A stretch of 64,000 nucleotides of DNA from Octopus sinensis (taxonomy: Eukaryota), in assembly GCF_006345805.1 (NCBI RefSeq), contig NC_043015.1, positions 31,744,001-31,808,000 of the forward strand, read 5' to 3'. The position numbers and the translations under genes are program-made. Shown here one piece after another: positions 11,600 to 24,650 of this stretch. The notes beneath the pieces are model-generated. The model did not search any database. It was given only the letters and a program-made list of their open reading frames with translations, and had not been told where the DNA came from. Position 1 is the first letter of the stretch. Each line of letters begins with the position of its first letter.

Positions 11600-13392
11600 T
11601 TAATGCCTACTTTCCTTGCTTGCATGGGTCAGACAAAATTCAATGAGGCAGATTTTCTACAACCGGACGCTTTTCTTTGCCCTAACCATCACTTGTTTCT
11701 AAGCAGTGTAATATTTCCTCTCGTCCTTTGGATATGAACAGGACAATGGTCAGTCATGATCTGGTGGAAGACTGCAAACAACCGACACTGCTTGCATGAT
11801 GGCGATATTTGTGTACAATTACCACGTGACATCAAGACAAGGAGACAGAAACACAAACAAACACACACACACAACTGGCTTCTTCCAGATTCTGTCCATC
11901 AAATCCACTCACATGACTTTGGTTGACACAAGGCCATAATAGAAGAAATTAAGCCAAAGTGCTGCTATGCAGCAGGACTGAACCTGAGACGGTGTAACTG
12001 TAAAGTAAACATTTTAACAACACAGCCATGCCTATTTCTAACCACTTTTTTGTAATCAAAAATACAAACTTTCCCACAACTCAATGCATTGTAGTCACAG
12101 CCTCCCTTTATAGATAATTGGTTGCCTCAGTCAGCTGAGACTGCAACAGTTTTCCCCTCATATTTCTACAGATGAATTTTTTATCCTTTACTTGTTTCAG
12201 TCACTAGACTGCGGCCATGCTGGAGCACTGGCTGGAAGAAATTTTAGTGAATCGATCCCATTTTTAAGCCTGGTACTTATTCTATCGGTCTCATTTGCAT
12301 AACCACTAAGTTACAGGGATGCAACCACACCAACACCGGTTGTCAAGTGGTGGTGAGGGACAAACATAGATACAGACACATACATATTTATACGATGGAC
12401 TTCTTTAAGGTTCCACCTACCAAATCCCAAATCTACTCACAAGGCTTTGGTTGGCCTGAGGCTATAAAAGAAACTCACTCAAGGTGCCACACAGTGGGAC
12501 TGAGCCCAGGACCTTGTGGTTGAGAAGCGAGCTCCTTACCACACAGCCACATCTGTGCCTATGTTGGTTTATTATAAAAATGCTTGTGAGAACAATTTAA
12601 CAAATATCTGGACCAATGTGTTTAGCTGTTTTTCATTTACTAGTAATAGCAACCAAATCCCCTCAAATTACAACCTTTCTTAAAAACAAGACGATACATT
12701 GACTAATTTAGCCTAAATATACAAAAAGACATGATAGTCATGGTTGGATTGTCTTTCTTTCAGAGATTTGCTTAATCTTGAATGACTATGAAAAAACATA
12801 CAAATTCTGTAATTAGCAAAAATAATCCTGACTCCTCCCTCTAGGGGTGAACTTGGTAAAGATGTGTGACCAGGGGGAAGTAACTCAAATCAACAGAAAC
12901 CATCTCCTCACATCCTTTCCATACATACATATATACACTCCATGTATGGGCCAAAAGTAAGCTTGGAATCAGTTAGAAATAAGAGCTAAATCACCCTTAA
13001 ATTACACTCAGCTATTTAAAAAAAAAAACAAAGAAAAGAAGTGAGGAAATGTATTTATGTAATGCTAGATTTTCTATACTTTTATGGAGGTTAGTATATT
13101 TAATGTATGTTCTTTCAAAATTATTAATTAATTGTAATGGGAAATCATTAGCTTCAGTGATAATTTGTTTCTGAAAGGTAAGGGAAGCAACTCTAAAACT
13201 CAAATTGGGTAAAAAAGGGGAATAGGGTATTTTGAGGGCATTGGGTCCTGGATCTTTGGAAAGTATAATTCAGACATGTTTCAATCTTTTCAGACCTCCT
13301 CAGTACAGTATAGTCTTATCCATACAGACCAGACTAAGATATACTAAATCTAAATCTAAAATAGATTAGATGGTTATATATGGAACATTTTT

Positions 13393-13628
13393 AAGGTGGT
13401 GAGCTGGCAGAATCATTGGCGCGCCAGGCGAAATGCTTAGCGGTATTTCGTCTGTCGTTACGTTCTGAGTTCAAATTCCGCTGAGGTCGACTTTACCTTT
13501 CATCCTTTTGGGGTCGATAAATAAAGTACCAGTTTCGCACTGGGGTCGATGTAATCGACTTAATACCTTTGTCTGTCCTTGTTTGTCCCCTCTATGTTTA
13601 GCCCCTTGTGGGTAGTAAAGAAATATAT
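13393..13628 (+). mobile_element. SINE family A, full length, with 17-bp TSD
   Basis: TSD ATATATGGAACATTTTT at 13376-13392 and 13629-13645. Confidence 0.9.
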
Positions 13629-15746
13629 ATATATGGAACATTTTTGGTCAGCTGGATCAAGCTTGACCTAGAACTACATCATTATGATGTTAATGAGGAT
13701 GATGATGAAATACCTAATAAAGGCGGTGCTCCAGCATGGCCGCAGTCAAATGACTGAAACAAGTAAAAGAGAGTAATTAGTTTCTGTGCTGTTATGGCTT
13801 GGATTGGACTTTATTGAATGTTTTTATAGTTGGATGCCCTTTCTAATGCCACACTTTAAATCCACTCTTATTACATGCACACACAAACAAGATTTGTTTT
13901 CTAATGCTGTGTTGTAACTATGGTAACAGTTGTTGCTAAGCAGATCGCCAACGCAATATTAGAAAGATAAAGTGATGATGAAGATAATGTTTAAACTGCA
14001 TGAAGTAAATATCATATGATTTGTATAAATAATATCATTTGTCCCATCAAATGCTAATGGAAACACTTAAGACAATGAGAGAGTTAAACCTGCTGGAAAT
14101 AACAGCCAAATTTCTCTCAAATTACACCATACTGTTTTAAATAAGAAAGATAGATTGAATTAAGTATGAAAAAAAATTGGGACGGTTGAACCTTGAATTT
14201 CTTTGGTCATAGGTCTGCGGGATCAGGACTGACCTGGGGCTGAACAATAACAACCAGCAGAAGTTAATTTAATTAATGATACCTTCCCACAAATTTGCAC
14301 TAAATATGTTAGAAAACACCTTCCACGCTGCAATTGTTTTTGTTCCAGCACACGATCTCAGATCAAGTCACTTGCTATGCAAGTACATCTCTGTAATTAT
14401 TTTTATGATTAATAAATAATAAACCTGTTGTAGTTGCATAGCTTCAAGCTAACCCTTATCCAAGCAGACTATGACCAAAGTCGTTCTAACTAGAACTATC
14501 CTGGTTTTCGGAGGGAAAGGACCACATCCTTTTTTTTCTTCTTTTTTCCAGGTTGGCAGGGTATAATTCGAGGGGTATTCAGCTGTTATATTTAGCAGGC
14601 CAAGTGACTATGTTGAAGCTCCCTTGTTAGTTCACAGTTATATAATTCTGTGACAAAATAGATTAATTATTAGAAGCAAAGTATGCAGGTCATTCATTTG
14701 TGTTCTACAGAAGCTTAGTTATTCCTGGAAAGAAATTCCATTTTATTTTAGTGCTTTTAATTATCAATCATGTGACATACCATTTTACCTTCCTCCTAGA
14801 AATAATTCTTTTTTTTTTTTTTTATATTCAGAAAACAAAATTTCAAATCCATAAAAAATTTACTATTCTGCATTGTATTTATGTAAAAGTATTATATTTT
14901 TCTATTCCATCATCTATATTAATCTAATTATATGAATCATAATGTAAATGAGGAAACCTAATTAAGGTTTCTATATCATTGTCCCCCCCCCTCCATCATT
15001 TGTAGATTCATGTTTCAATATCTTTATATTGGATCAGTGCAACTGAGTTTCAACTCCCATCCTATGCTTTACATTGAACAATTAACAAATTTTTTTTTTT
15101 TTTACTCATTTCAATTATTGGATTGCGGCCATTGTTAAAGAGTGTGGTAATTATTCTGTCAGTCTCCTTTGCTGATGTGCTAAGTTATGGGGATGCAAAG
15201 AAACCAACACAGGTTATTAAATGCTAGAAGCACGCACGCACGCACGCACACGCACGCACGCACACACACACACACACGCACGCGCGCGCACAGATATAAC
15301 AGGCCATAAAGGCAGTATGCTGGCAGAAACGTTAGCACACCGGGTGAAATGCTTAGCGGTATTTCATTGGTCTATACGTTCTGAGTTCAAATTCCACCGG
15401 GGTGGACTTTGCCTTTCATCCTTTTGGGGGGTTGATAAATTAAGTACCAGTTGTGTACTGGGTTGATCTAATTGACTCGCCCCCTCCCCCAAAATATTGG
15501 GCCTTGTGCCTAGATATAACAGGCCTCCACACAGTTTCCATCTATCAAATTCACTCACAAGGCATTGGGTAGCCTGGGTCTATAGTACACAACACATGTC
15601 CAAGGTGCTGTACAGTGGGTTTGAACCTGAAACCACTTGGTTGGAGAGCAAACTCCTTGACCACACAATCCATGCTAGTGTCTATAAATATTTCTACACA
15701 CACACACAAAAAAAAAAAATCTATTCTATGAGATGAAAACAAAGGA

Positions 15747-15838
15747 AGAAAAATGAGACATCACATGAATTGTAGAAAAAAATGAGACATCACATGAATT
15801 GTAGAAAAAAATGAGACATCACATGAATTGTAGAAAAA
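15747..15838. repeat. 3 x 29-bp tandem repeat
   Basis: ATGAGACATCACATGAATTGTAG(A)6 starts at 15753, 15782 and 15811. Confidence 0.95.
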
Positions 15839-17352
15839 TATTAAGTAACAGTGAGAGACTGCTTTCTGAATCAGAACTAAAAGTGCAAAGCCTATTGACG
15901 TTTTTAACAATGAACAGCCTTTGGACACTTGTCTGAGATGGGACCTGGTTATGTGGTAGGGTAATTCTACAGCAGAACAAGATGCCGATTTCATTCTTCA
16001 CAAGCAAAACCTCACCAGTTTGAATGAATTTTCAAAGTGAAAAAAAGCATTAAAATTCAACTTCATTTTTATACAAAGATCCAAGTCTTGTGATTGTTAT
16101 ATTGCTAATACACCTGGGACAGGCATGAACACCCTAACTTTTATGCTTACATTCACAGTATATATTTTATATAGACATATAACACACACACACACACACA
16201 CGTGCACTTTATAAGAATAAGTATAATTTATAAACATCAATATCTAGTGTTCAGCTTGTCATTATTCATTGAATATTGGGTTTTGATTGTCTTTCTTTTG
16301 TATTATTTTTTTACCTTTTCCTCAGGCTCATGTAATATTATTATTATTATTATTATTCAGCTTAAAATAGAACAACAACAAAAGAGATAGTTGAACGTAT
16401 GAAAACCATTTTATATTGAATTATCATATCAGTTACCAGTGTGAAAAGCCAGGAAACAGTCTCTATATAAACCACTTCCGTCTACCTAAAGATATCTCTG
16501 GATGTCTGCCTGCCTGTAAGGTTTTGTGTCTGTCAAAGGCTGTGTTACAAACACGGCCATCATCTTCAGGACCAGAAAATTGCTTCTGCTCCTAACGACC
16601 ACACAACCACTAACCTTTTACAAAACTCAGACGAGTCCCACAATGGAATGGGACTATTTCCATATATGGAACACTACCACAAGACATCCCAAACATGAAA
16701 CATAAATGAATAGGTGCAGGTATGTGTGGTTGAGAAGCTTGCTTTGCAACCACATAGTTTTGGGTTCAGTCCCACTGTATGGCACCTGAAGTGTCTTCTA
16801 CTATATAGCCTTGGGTGACTAATGCCTTGTGAGTGAATTTGATCAATGGAAACTGTGTAGAAGCCCATCGTGTTCATGCATGCGTGTGTATGTGCATATC
16901 TTTTGTCCTCCCCGCTGCTTGACAATCTGTGTAGGTTCATTTACATCCCTACAACACAGCAATTTTCAGCAAAATAGATCAAGAAAATAAGTACTAGATT
17001 TTTTAAAAAAAAAGGTACAGGGGTAGATTTGGTCAACCAAACCTGCCAGTGGCCATGTGGTGCCCCAGCATGGCCACTGTCCAATAACTGAATTAAGTAA
17101 AAGGAAATAAAAGATAAATACAAATAAACCATCCAAATGACTTGCATGACATCTCTTAGCAACAAACTCCAATTTCTGACCCACCCAGACATGCTGGTTC
17201 TTCCTGCTTTCCTTTCTACCCTTACTACAAAGGACTCTGCCCTTCACAGATGAGCTCTTCTTGTACCGTTCCTCTTGTCTACCCATTATTGTCTTCCTCA
17301 TTATTTAACAATTCCTTCTGGCTCTTGTTTTATCAGCAGCTCTTAAATTACA

Positions 17353-17578
17353 AAGGCGGCGAGTTGGCAGAAACGTTAGCATGCCAGCCGAAATGCTTAG
17401 CGGTATTTCGTCTGCCGCTACGTTGTGAGTTCAAATTCCGCCGAGGTCGACTTTCATCCTTTCGGGGTCGATTAAATAAGTACCAGTTACGTACTGGGGT
17501 CGATATAATCGACTTAATCCGTTTGTCTGTCTTTGTTTGTTCCCTCTGTGTTTAGCCCCTTGTGGGTAGTAAAGAAAT
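17353..17578 (+). mobile_element. SINE family A, full length, with 16-bp TSD
   Basis: TSD agct(c/a)ttaaattacaa at 17338-17353 and 17579-17594. Confidence 0.9.
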
Positions 17579-17829
17579 AGCTATTAAATTACAACTCTTC
17601 AAAAGAAACATTAACCCTTTAACACTTAAACCAGCCACATCTGGTCGAAATATTCTACTTGTCTTATGTTCAAATCATCCAGATCAGGCCTCTCACACCT
17701 ACATTACAATGTTATCCTAAAAATAAGTAATCACATCAAAATCTGAGCAGCAAAGCAATGCATGATTAATTCAAAACAAAGTGAATAAATAAATAAATAG
17801 TGCATTTGAGAGAGAAGTCTGAAAGTTAA

Positions 17830-18050
17830 GCCTTTCGTTACTGTATTTATTTTGGGATGCTCTGTGTTTCTTTCAATTATTTAAAATATAACAAAGAATT
17901 TAGTAAAATAACTTAGTTATCATTAAGTTAGTGTTAGGAACATAAATTGGGACTAAGGTTTGGTGGAAGATTTTAATCCAAAACTTATGAAAACAAGACA
18001 TTTGTACTAAGAACCAAGGCCGGGTTTCAGCCGGGTTGGTAACAAAAGGG
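17830..18050. mobile_element. piggyBac-type MITE family E (221 bp)
   Basis: TTAA|gCCTTTCGTTAC...GTAACAAAAGGG|TTAA. Internal sequence matches the 6376 copy. A truncated copy is at 44852-44940 and diverged relatives end at 21567, 47833 and 48814. Confidence 0.9.
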
Positions 18051-18261
18051 TTAACAGATTAAATTTGCACTAAACTTGCCATTCTCGAAGGGCCCGCAAA
18101 ATCCATGGGCATAGCTCCTGCTTACAGATAAAACAAATAAAACAGATAAAGACGTGCGTCTCTGTTTTCTTATAATTCTCGTCTGTGCGTCTGCCAGCAG
18201 ATGTTTACAAGGTGAGAGAGATGATGCTATCTGACGGAAAGATACAGAGAAGGAAGCTTAC

Positions 18262-18347
18262 CTTTTGGAACTTTCATCTTCTTCTTCTCTTCTTTACTGT
18301 CAGGTTCCTTTGGAAGAGGTTTATTCTCCAATGGCATGTTTACCTCT
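18262..18347 (-). CDS. Pak: Internal coding exon of a group-I p21-activated kinase (Pak1/2/3-like), N-terminal region just upstream of the CRIB domain
   Basis: Minus strand reads gaatttcttattcttttgcag|AGAGGTAAACATG...GTTCCAAAAG|gtaagc, i.e. polypyrimidine tract + AG and a GTAAGC donor. The exon is 86 nt and only one frame is open: (x)EVNMPLENKPLPKEPDSKEEKKKMKVPK(G). PLPKEP followed by an acidic/poly-K tract matches, from memory, Drosophila Pak (RPLPKEPDDSDRKKK) and human PAK1 (KPLPPNPEEKKKK). Entry phase 2, exit phase 1. The family call rests on this short motif only. Confidence 0.8.
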
Positions 18348-19157
18348 CTGCAAAAGAATAAGAAATTCATCAAAAATGTTGCTGCTACTGCTGCTGGTGA
18401 TGTTGATGTTGTTGTTGTTGTTGTTGTGTTGCTATAATTTGTTGAGGTGGAATAGCAACAACAAGAAGGAGAAGAACATCATTATGTGTAGAGTATTAGA
18501 GCACTTGACTGATTGATGTAAGTGAGGTGAGTCAAGTTATTAAGTGGAGATATACATCTTAGAAGGGAAATAGAGAGTGATTTGTATGGTGTGGAATAAG
18601 GCAGACTCTGGGGAGGATAAAGAGAGAAAAAAGAGAGAGAGGAGAGAGAAAGGAGAGAGATGAGAGCAGTAAAGAAAAAAGGAGAGAAAATAAGTGGAGA
18701 AAAAGAGAGCGAGAGAAAAGAGAGAATGAAAAGTTGAGGTAAAAAAAAAAGAAAACAAAAAGAGTAAACTAAAGGAGAGAAAGATATGAAGGGGAGTGAG
18801 ATAAGGGGAGAGGAGAGAGAGAGAGAGAGATAGAGTGAGATAAGGAAAGGAGAGAGAGAGAGAGAGAAAGATAAGAAAATTAGATATAGAGAAACAAGTG
18901 ATGTCATTCTCAAACTCCTACTGACACTCAACAACAAAAAAGAAAGTGTACTGCATTATTACACATTCGACTAAATTTATCTTGTGTCAAGAAGGTTGTG
19001 ACATTTCAGAATTTGGCCATCTTATAAAGGAGGACCATGTTGATATGTTTAAGGACTTTTACACTGGCACACTAACATTTTACACTTCTGCCTAGGTGTT
19101 TCTCACCCCTCTCTTTTCTATACACGAGCATTCTTCCAATGTATGTATGTATGAATA

Positions 19158-19527
19158 GTGGAGGCGCAATGGCCCAGTGGTTAGGGCAGCGGACTCGCGG
19201 TTTCGATTCCCAGACCGGGCATTGTGAGTGTTTATTGAGCGAAAACACCTAAAGCTCCACGAGGCTCCGGCAGGGGATGGTGGTGATCCCTGCTGTACTC
19301 TTTCACCACAACTTCAACTTTCTCTCGCTCTTACTTCCTGTTTCTGTTGTACCTGTATTTCAAAGGGCCGGCCTTGTCACTCTCTGTGTCACGCTGAATA
19401 TCCCCGAGAACTACGTTAAGGGTACACGTGTCTGTGGAATGCTCAGCCACTTACACGTTAATTTCACGAGCAGGCTGTTCCGTTGATCGGATCAAACGGA
19501 ACCCTCGTCGTCGTAACCGACGGAGTG
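19158..19527 (+). mobile_element. tRNA-derived SINE family D (head gtggaggcgcaatggcccagtggttagg), tail type 1
   Basis: A-box tggcccagtgg and B-box ggtttcgattccc. TSD CTTCCAATGTATGTATGAATA (19528-19548); the left copy (19133-19157) has one extra 4-nt unit. Confidence 0.85.
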
Positions 19528-20942
19528 CTTCCAATGTATGTATGAATAAAATCCCATATGTGTTATTTCACACCACACACACACAGATGATCCCTAAAGA
19601 ATTCCATTCTAATATAATTGTATCTCTATTCTCTTGACAATGAAAACAATTGTACCATAATAATATAAGGGAGTTGGATGTGAAACATCCAATGAACATA
19701 GGATTTGGAAGAAGAGACTGATAAGAATAGGGGCCGTAAACACACCAGCATCGGTTGTCAAGCAATGTTGGGGGAACAAACATATACACACACATACATA
19801 CATACGTACATATATATATATGTACATATATACAACAAGCTTCTTTCAGTTTCCGTCTACCAAATCCACTCACAAGGCATTGGTATACAAAATGAAAGAT
19901 ATACCAGAACAAGAGATTTCTGGCACAGCATGACTGTGACTATTTGATAAAGAATACCATAGGACATTTTGTAATTCAACCCTTGTACCCTTATAATAAA
20001 TAGGACAAGCTGGTCTAGTAGCATGTCAATTTTGTACCAGAACTATAAAGAAGTTCAACATCTTCAAGAGAACAACCTTCTAGTTTGTTGATAATCAGAA
20101 AGATTGTTTTGCAAAATGTTGAATAATCATGTAAAAATGATTGTTATTTGGTGAGGACATATCTATAAGACTTCATATTTAATGAGTTAAATTTGGTGGA
20201 TATTTATTGACTTTTCCCTGTCCATATTTCTAATGAATAACACTACATATGTGCTTTAATTAACTAATATAAATCAACAATTTGGTGGTTAGGTATCTCT
20301 GTAGCTTTGCATATTGGCATAAATAACGCTGGTGTACTCATGTCAGCACAGACAATGGACATTAAATGATGATCATGATATTGATTTTAAATTTTGGCAC
20401 AAGGCCAGCAATTTTGAAGGAGGTGGTGAGTCAATTACAATGACCCTCTGTACTCAACTGAGGGTCATTGACCCTGAAAGGATGAAAGGCAAAGTGGACC
20501 TCAGTAGAATCTGAACTCAGAATGTGAAGACAGATGAAATGCCACTAAGTGTTTTACTCAGTGTGCTAAGGACTCTGCCAGATTGCCATCATATATACTC
20601 TTTTACTTGTTTCAGTCATTTGACTGTGGCCATGCTGGAGCACCGCCTTTAATCGAGCAACTTGACCCCAGGACTTATTCTTTGTTAGCCTAGTACTTAT
20701 TCTATCGGTCTCTTTTGCCAAACCACAGTGACGGGGACATAAACACACCAGCGATGTTGGAGAACAAACACAGACACACAAACATATACACACATATACA
20801 TACATATATATATACATACATAAGATGGGTTTCTTTCAGTTTCCATCTCCCAAATCCACTTGCCCAAGGTGCCATGCAGTGGGACTGAACCTGGAACCAT
20901 GTGGTTGGTAAGCAAGCTACTTACCACATAGCCACTCCTATG

Positions 20943-20990
<48 letters not shown>

Positions 20991-21079
20991 GATACAAATT
21001 ATATGATATTTTTTTAAAATGCAGAATTGCCATTAGAACAGCAAGAAATACTGGGTAAACTACCCTTACAAAGCAGAAA

Positions 21080-21175
21080 AATTTGTCAGCAACCAGCAAT
21101 GAGACTTGAACCCATACCCCTCAAAGACTCCAGCTGAGTGCTTTACCATTAAGCTAAACTGCTTGCTGACAAATT
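21080..21175 (-). other. tRNA-like cloverleaf enclosed by perfect 13-bp inverted repeats
   Basis: Minus strand AATTTGTCAGCAA-GCAGTTTAGCTTAATGGTAAAGCACTCAGCTGGAGTCTTTGAGGGGTATGGGTTCAAGTCTCATTGCTGG-TTGCTGACAAATT. It has a D-stem GCTT/AAGC, a T-arm ATGGG-TTCAAGT-CTCAT and a disrupted anticodon stem. It is not a functional tRNA gene as it stands. Confidence 0.6.
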
Positions 21176-22244
21176 AATCCGTAAAATGATATAAATCAGT
21201 ACATATTGTGTTGGTGTTGACAAAGTGAAATCTCATGATGAAGTACCTATATGGTTAGTATTTTGATATATTATAAATACCAACATCGGATAGACGCTCT
21301 GTTGCTGTCTACCGAAGCATTAGCATATTTCTGTTGTATTTCCTTTTCCATAAGATCTAGAGGCCACCCAATGCATGCAGATGTAGATGAGGTGCTTTGA
21401 ATGAATGAAGCAGGTTTGCCTACTTTATATACAAAAAAAACTTGAATAATTAGGAATAAACCTTAAACCAGAATAAGCCGATGCATAAATCAAATTTTGA
21501 TTGAGACTTTATTTGCACACAAACACATTTTGTATGGAAGATCTTAGGTAAGTTGGTATTAAAAGGGTTAAAATACACAAAGAGCAGGGATAAAAAAAGA
21601 TATACCAATTTTATCCAGTTTAATCTACACATGAGAGAGAGAGGGGGGAGGTGGTTGATAATTTTATGAATAAGCGTTTTTAAGATGAAGCCTTGTAAAG
21701 ATGAATATATGTAGCAAGACTAATTATAAAGTAGAGTAATCAATTGTTTAGTTTACTTAGTAGCAAAAAAAGTACTAGTTACTCAAGTAGCAGAGTTTGT
21801 TCTTACAGTAGTTTCTGGCATCTTATTAGCCTAGAAAACCCTACCACTGACAAAGATATGTATATATGTGTATATATATATATATATGTAAAAGGAAATT
21901 TCAAGTCATTTATGTTGGTTTATATCAGCTTCTTTAAAATCCTTGAAGCTATAAACAAATTATAATTTTCTGAATCACTTTATCAAGTAAACTATGTTAG
22001 CATTTTCTGACAGCGGAAGGGGAGGTTACCAACACCACCAATGGCTAATCACACACACACACACACGGAACCTATTTTCTGCACACAGAGAACCACTTTG
22101 GCTAACAAGCACTTTATGATGGGTTTCTTCTAGTGCAACTTGTTACACATCTCTGGTTAGTCATACAAGCAAGAGAGTATAGAGAAAGCAACTTGGGATA
22201 GATGTGAACTTAACGTTAATTAATGTGTAACATTCTGAACTTAC

Positions 22245-22273
22245 CTAATTAATTTTTGTTTCAAATGGCTTGT
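22245..22273 (-). CDS. Candidate 29-nt micro-exon upstream of the Pak exon (TSHLKQKLI+R), or a 5' UTR exon
   Basis: atcattttgttttctcactttag|ACAAGCCATTTGAAACAAAAATTAATTAG|gtaagt has a strong acceptor and a consensus donor. Frame 0 is open and ends in phase 2 (AG), which joins A-GAG of the Pak exon to give ...KLIREVNMPLENKP. Confidence 0.45.
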
Positions 22274-22549
22274 CTAAAGTGAGAAAACAAAATGATTGGG
22301 TCATTGGGTCATCTGTAGCAGACTGAAACTTCTAGAATCTGGGGACCATTTGGAATGGGATCTCGTTTCAGTTCACCAGTTTCAGACTCAGACATGGATC
22401 ACACATAAACACAAATGCACTCACATTGCATTAGTTAAAACACTGTTTATATACAAGAACTGTTGACATATATATAGTAACATAAACCCCTTATCACCAC
22501 AACCCTATCTACTTGTTATTATAGTATTGTTTTATTCCTAGGTTACGAT

Positions 22550-22870
22550 CAAAGGTGTTCCAGTAGTGACAACCCAGGGTTTTATTAAAACACCATATTT
22601 TAGATTATGTTATCCATTGCTCAGATGGAGGTGCAATTTGTGGGAAATTTGGTTGTTACTTTTAGCAGGTCAAGTAACCATAGAAATTCCCTCACTAAAC
22701 TTAGATCATCTCTTCATGAGCAGAACTATGACCAAAAGAGTGCCCACTTGTGACCATCCTAACTTTTATTCAGATATAGTGCATCCAGAGTGATATTATC
22801 TAATATGACCATCCTTTTTTAAAATGGAAAGGTGTGATGGAGAATTTGTTTGCTATTTCTAGCAAACCCA
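22550..22870. repeat. Old unclassified interspersed repeat family G (ggctgctatttctagcag / gaccatcc motifs)
   Basis: Related decayed copies lie at about 270-830, 12640-12800, 14090-14630, 24240-24330, 33650-33850, 35330-35500, 36740-36860, 55500-55640 and 59330-59450, in both orientations. Confidence 0.55.
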
Positions 22871-23309
22871 GCAGGTGCATAGAGGTTCCTTGGAGTAGAT
22901 GCCATAAATAAGGACAACTATTGCTGTCAGTAAAAGGAGGGAGCAGTATGTTATTGACGAGGGTTTCATTAGCTGCATTGTTAATTCCAAACCCTCAATG
23001 TTGCTGTGCCAAGCCGACCTGCTGAAGATACTCCCAGGAAGGCTGCAGTCCAATGACTTTGCTTCTATTTTTTAACTTTTACTTGCTTCCGTCACTGGAC
23101 TTCAGCCATGCTGGGGCACTATCTTGAAGAGTTTAGTCAAAAAATCAACTCCAGTACTTATTTTTATATCTAGCATTTATTGTATTGGTCTCTTTTGCTG
23201 AATTGCTAAGTTATGTTGATGTAAACAAACCAACACTGGTAGCCAACTATTGATGGAGGACAAACATACATTCTCTCTCTCTCTCTCTCAGACATATATA
23301 TATATATGT

Positions 23310-23341
<32 letters not shown>

Positions 23342-23975
23342 CATCATCGTTTAACATCTGCTTTCTATATATGTATGTGTATACACACACACACACACAC
23401 AATAATGGGTTTGTTTCAGTTTCTGTCTACCAGATTCACTCAGGAGTTTCTGGTTGGCCCAGGGCTATACTGGAAGACGCTAACCCAGTGTCATTCAGTG
23501 GGAGTGAAACCAAGACCACATGGTTCGGAAGCAAGCTTCTTAACCACACAGCCACACCTGCCCCCTATATAATTTATGCAGAAGCTCTTTTGCTGTCTTG
23601 TCTTGTTCAGTGGTGGTGGTAGGGGTGGGAAATCTCTGACAGAAGGAATCAATGCTGATATAATTTCTCAGCAAATTCTTCTCCATATTAGTAAAGATCA
23701 TGTTAAAATTATTTCCTAATAATGCAGAGTAATAACAGAAGAGCTACAAGGGAGATAACTTTAAAACAGTAATATCTAACAAAAGGCTAGTCCTCTCTCC
23801 CCACCAATCTCTCTCTCTCACACACTGACTGACCTTTCTCCCATCCATCCTTTTTTCTATTTTGATAAAATTTAGTCTAAGAAGGAGCAACAGCCAATAG
23901 AATCTGCAGATTATTGCTTATTTCGATGTAGCATGCAACTAAAAATAACACGATGACTGAGTGAAATAACCGAGG

Positions 23976-23989
23976 GTGCCATCTGCTGG
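23976..23989 (-). promoter_or_regulatory. Candidate CTCF-binding motif
   Basis: Minus strand CCAGCAGATGGCAC, in non-repeat sequence with locally retained CpGs. Confidence 0.35.
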
Positions 23990-24616
23990 AAGCGTTAATA
24001 GTCGAGCGTGTTAACATAGAAATGTAGGGAGTAGAATAATTATAATTACCATTGTAATGAAGAAAGGGGAAACAGAGTTGTTGACTAATGTTAATTAAAA
24101 TCTAGTCAAGGAACACAGGTAGATGGGGATAGGGGACAAAATTCCAAAGTGTAAATAAAATTAGAATTACCACATGAGCAGCCATGAACTGTGGAACATG
24201 GAGTAAAAGGGTGTATCAATAAGGAAACTTTTATCTGATGATTTGACTTGCAGGAAATAGCAGCCAAATCTCTCTCTGAAATCACACCCTACTTAATCCA
24301 TGGAAGGAAACAATAGATAAAGTAGTCAGTGTAGAAATATAGACAAGTCATAAAGAAAATATAAAGCTGTGTGAGCTGGGGGTTATTTAGAAAAGGGGTT
24401 TTTTGGGGGGTCAGTCATATGACTTACTTTAGTGGGTGTGTGTGTGTGTCTATATACACATGCATGCATGCACATGCACACACACATGATGGACTTCCTT
24501 CAATGTCTGTCTATCAAATCCACTCACAAAGCTTTAGTCATCCCAAAGAGCCATGCATTGGGACAGAAACTGGAACCATGCAGTTGAAAAGCAAACTTCT
24601 TACCACATAACCATGC

Positions 24617-24647
<31 letters not shown>

Positions 24648-24650
24648 GAT

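Noticed and set aside
13393-13480. SINE heads as tRNA genes
   Set aside because: They have A/B boxes but no complete cloverleaf, and they continue into SINE bodies with TSDs.
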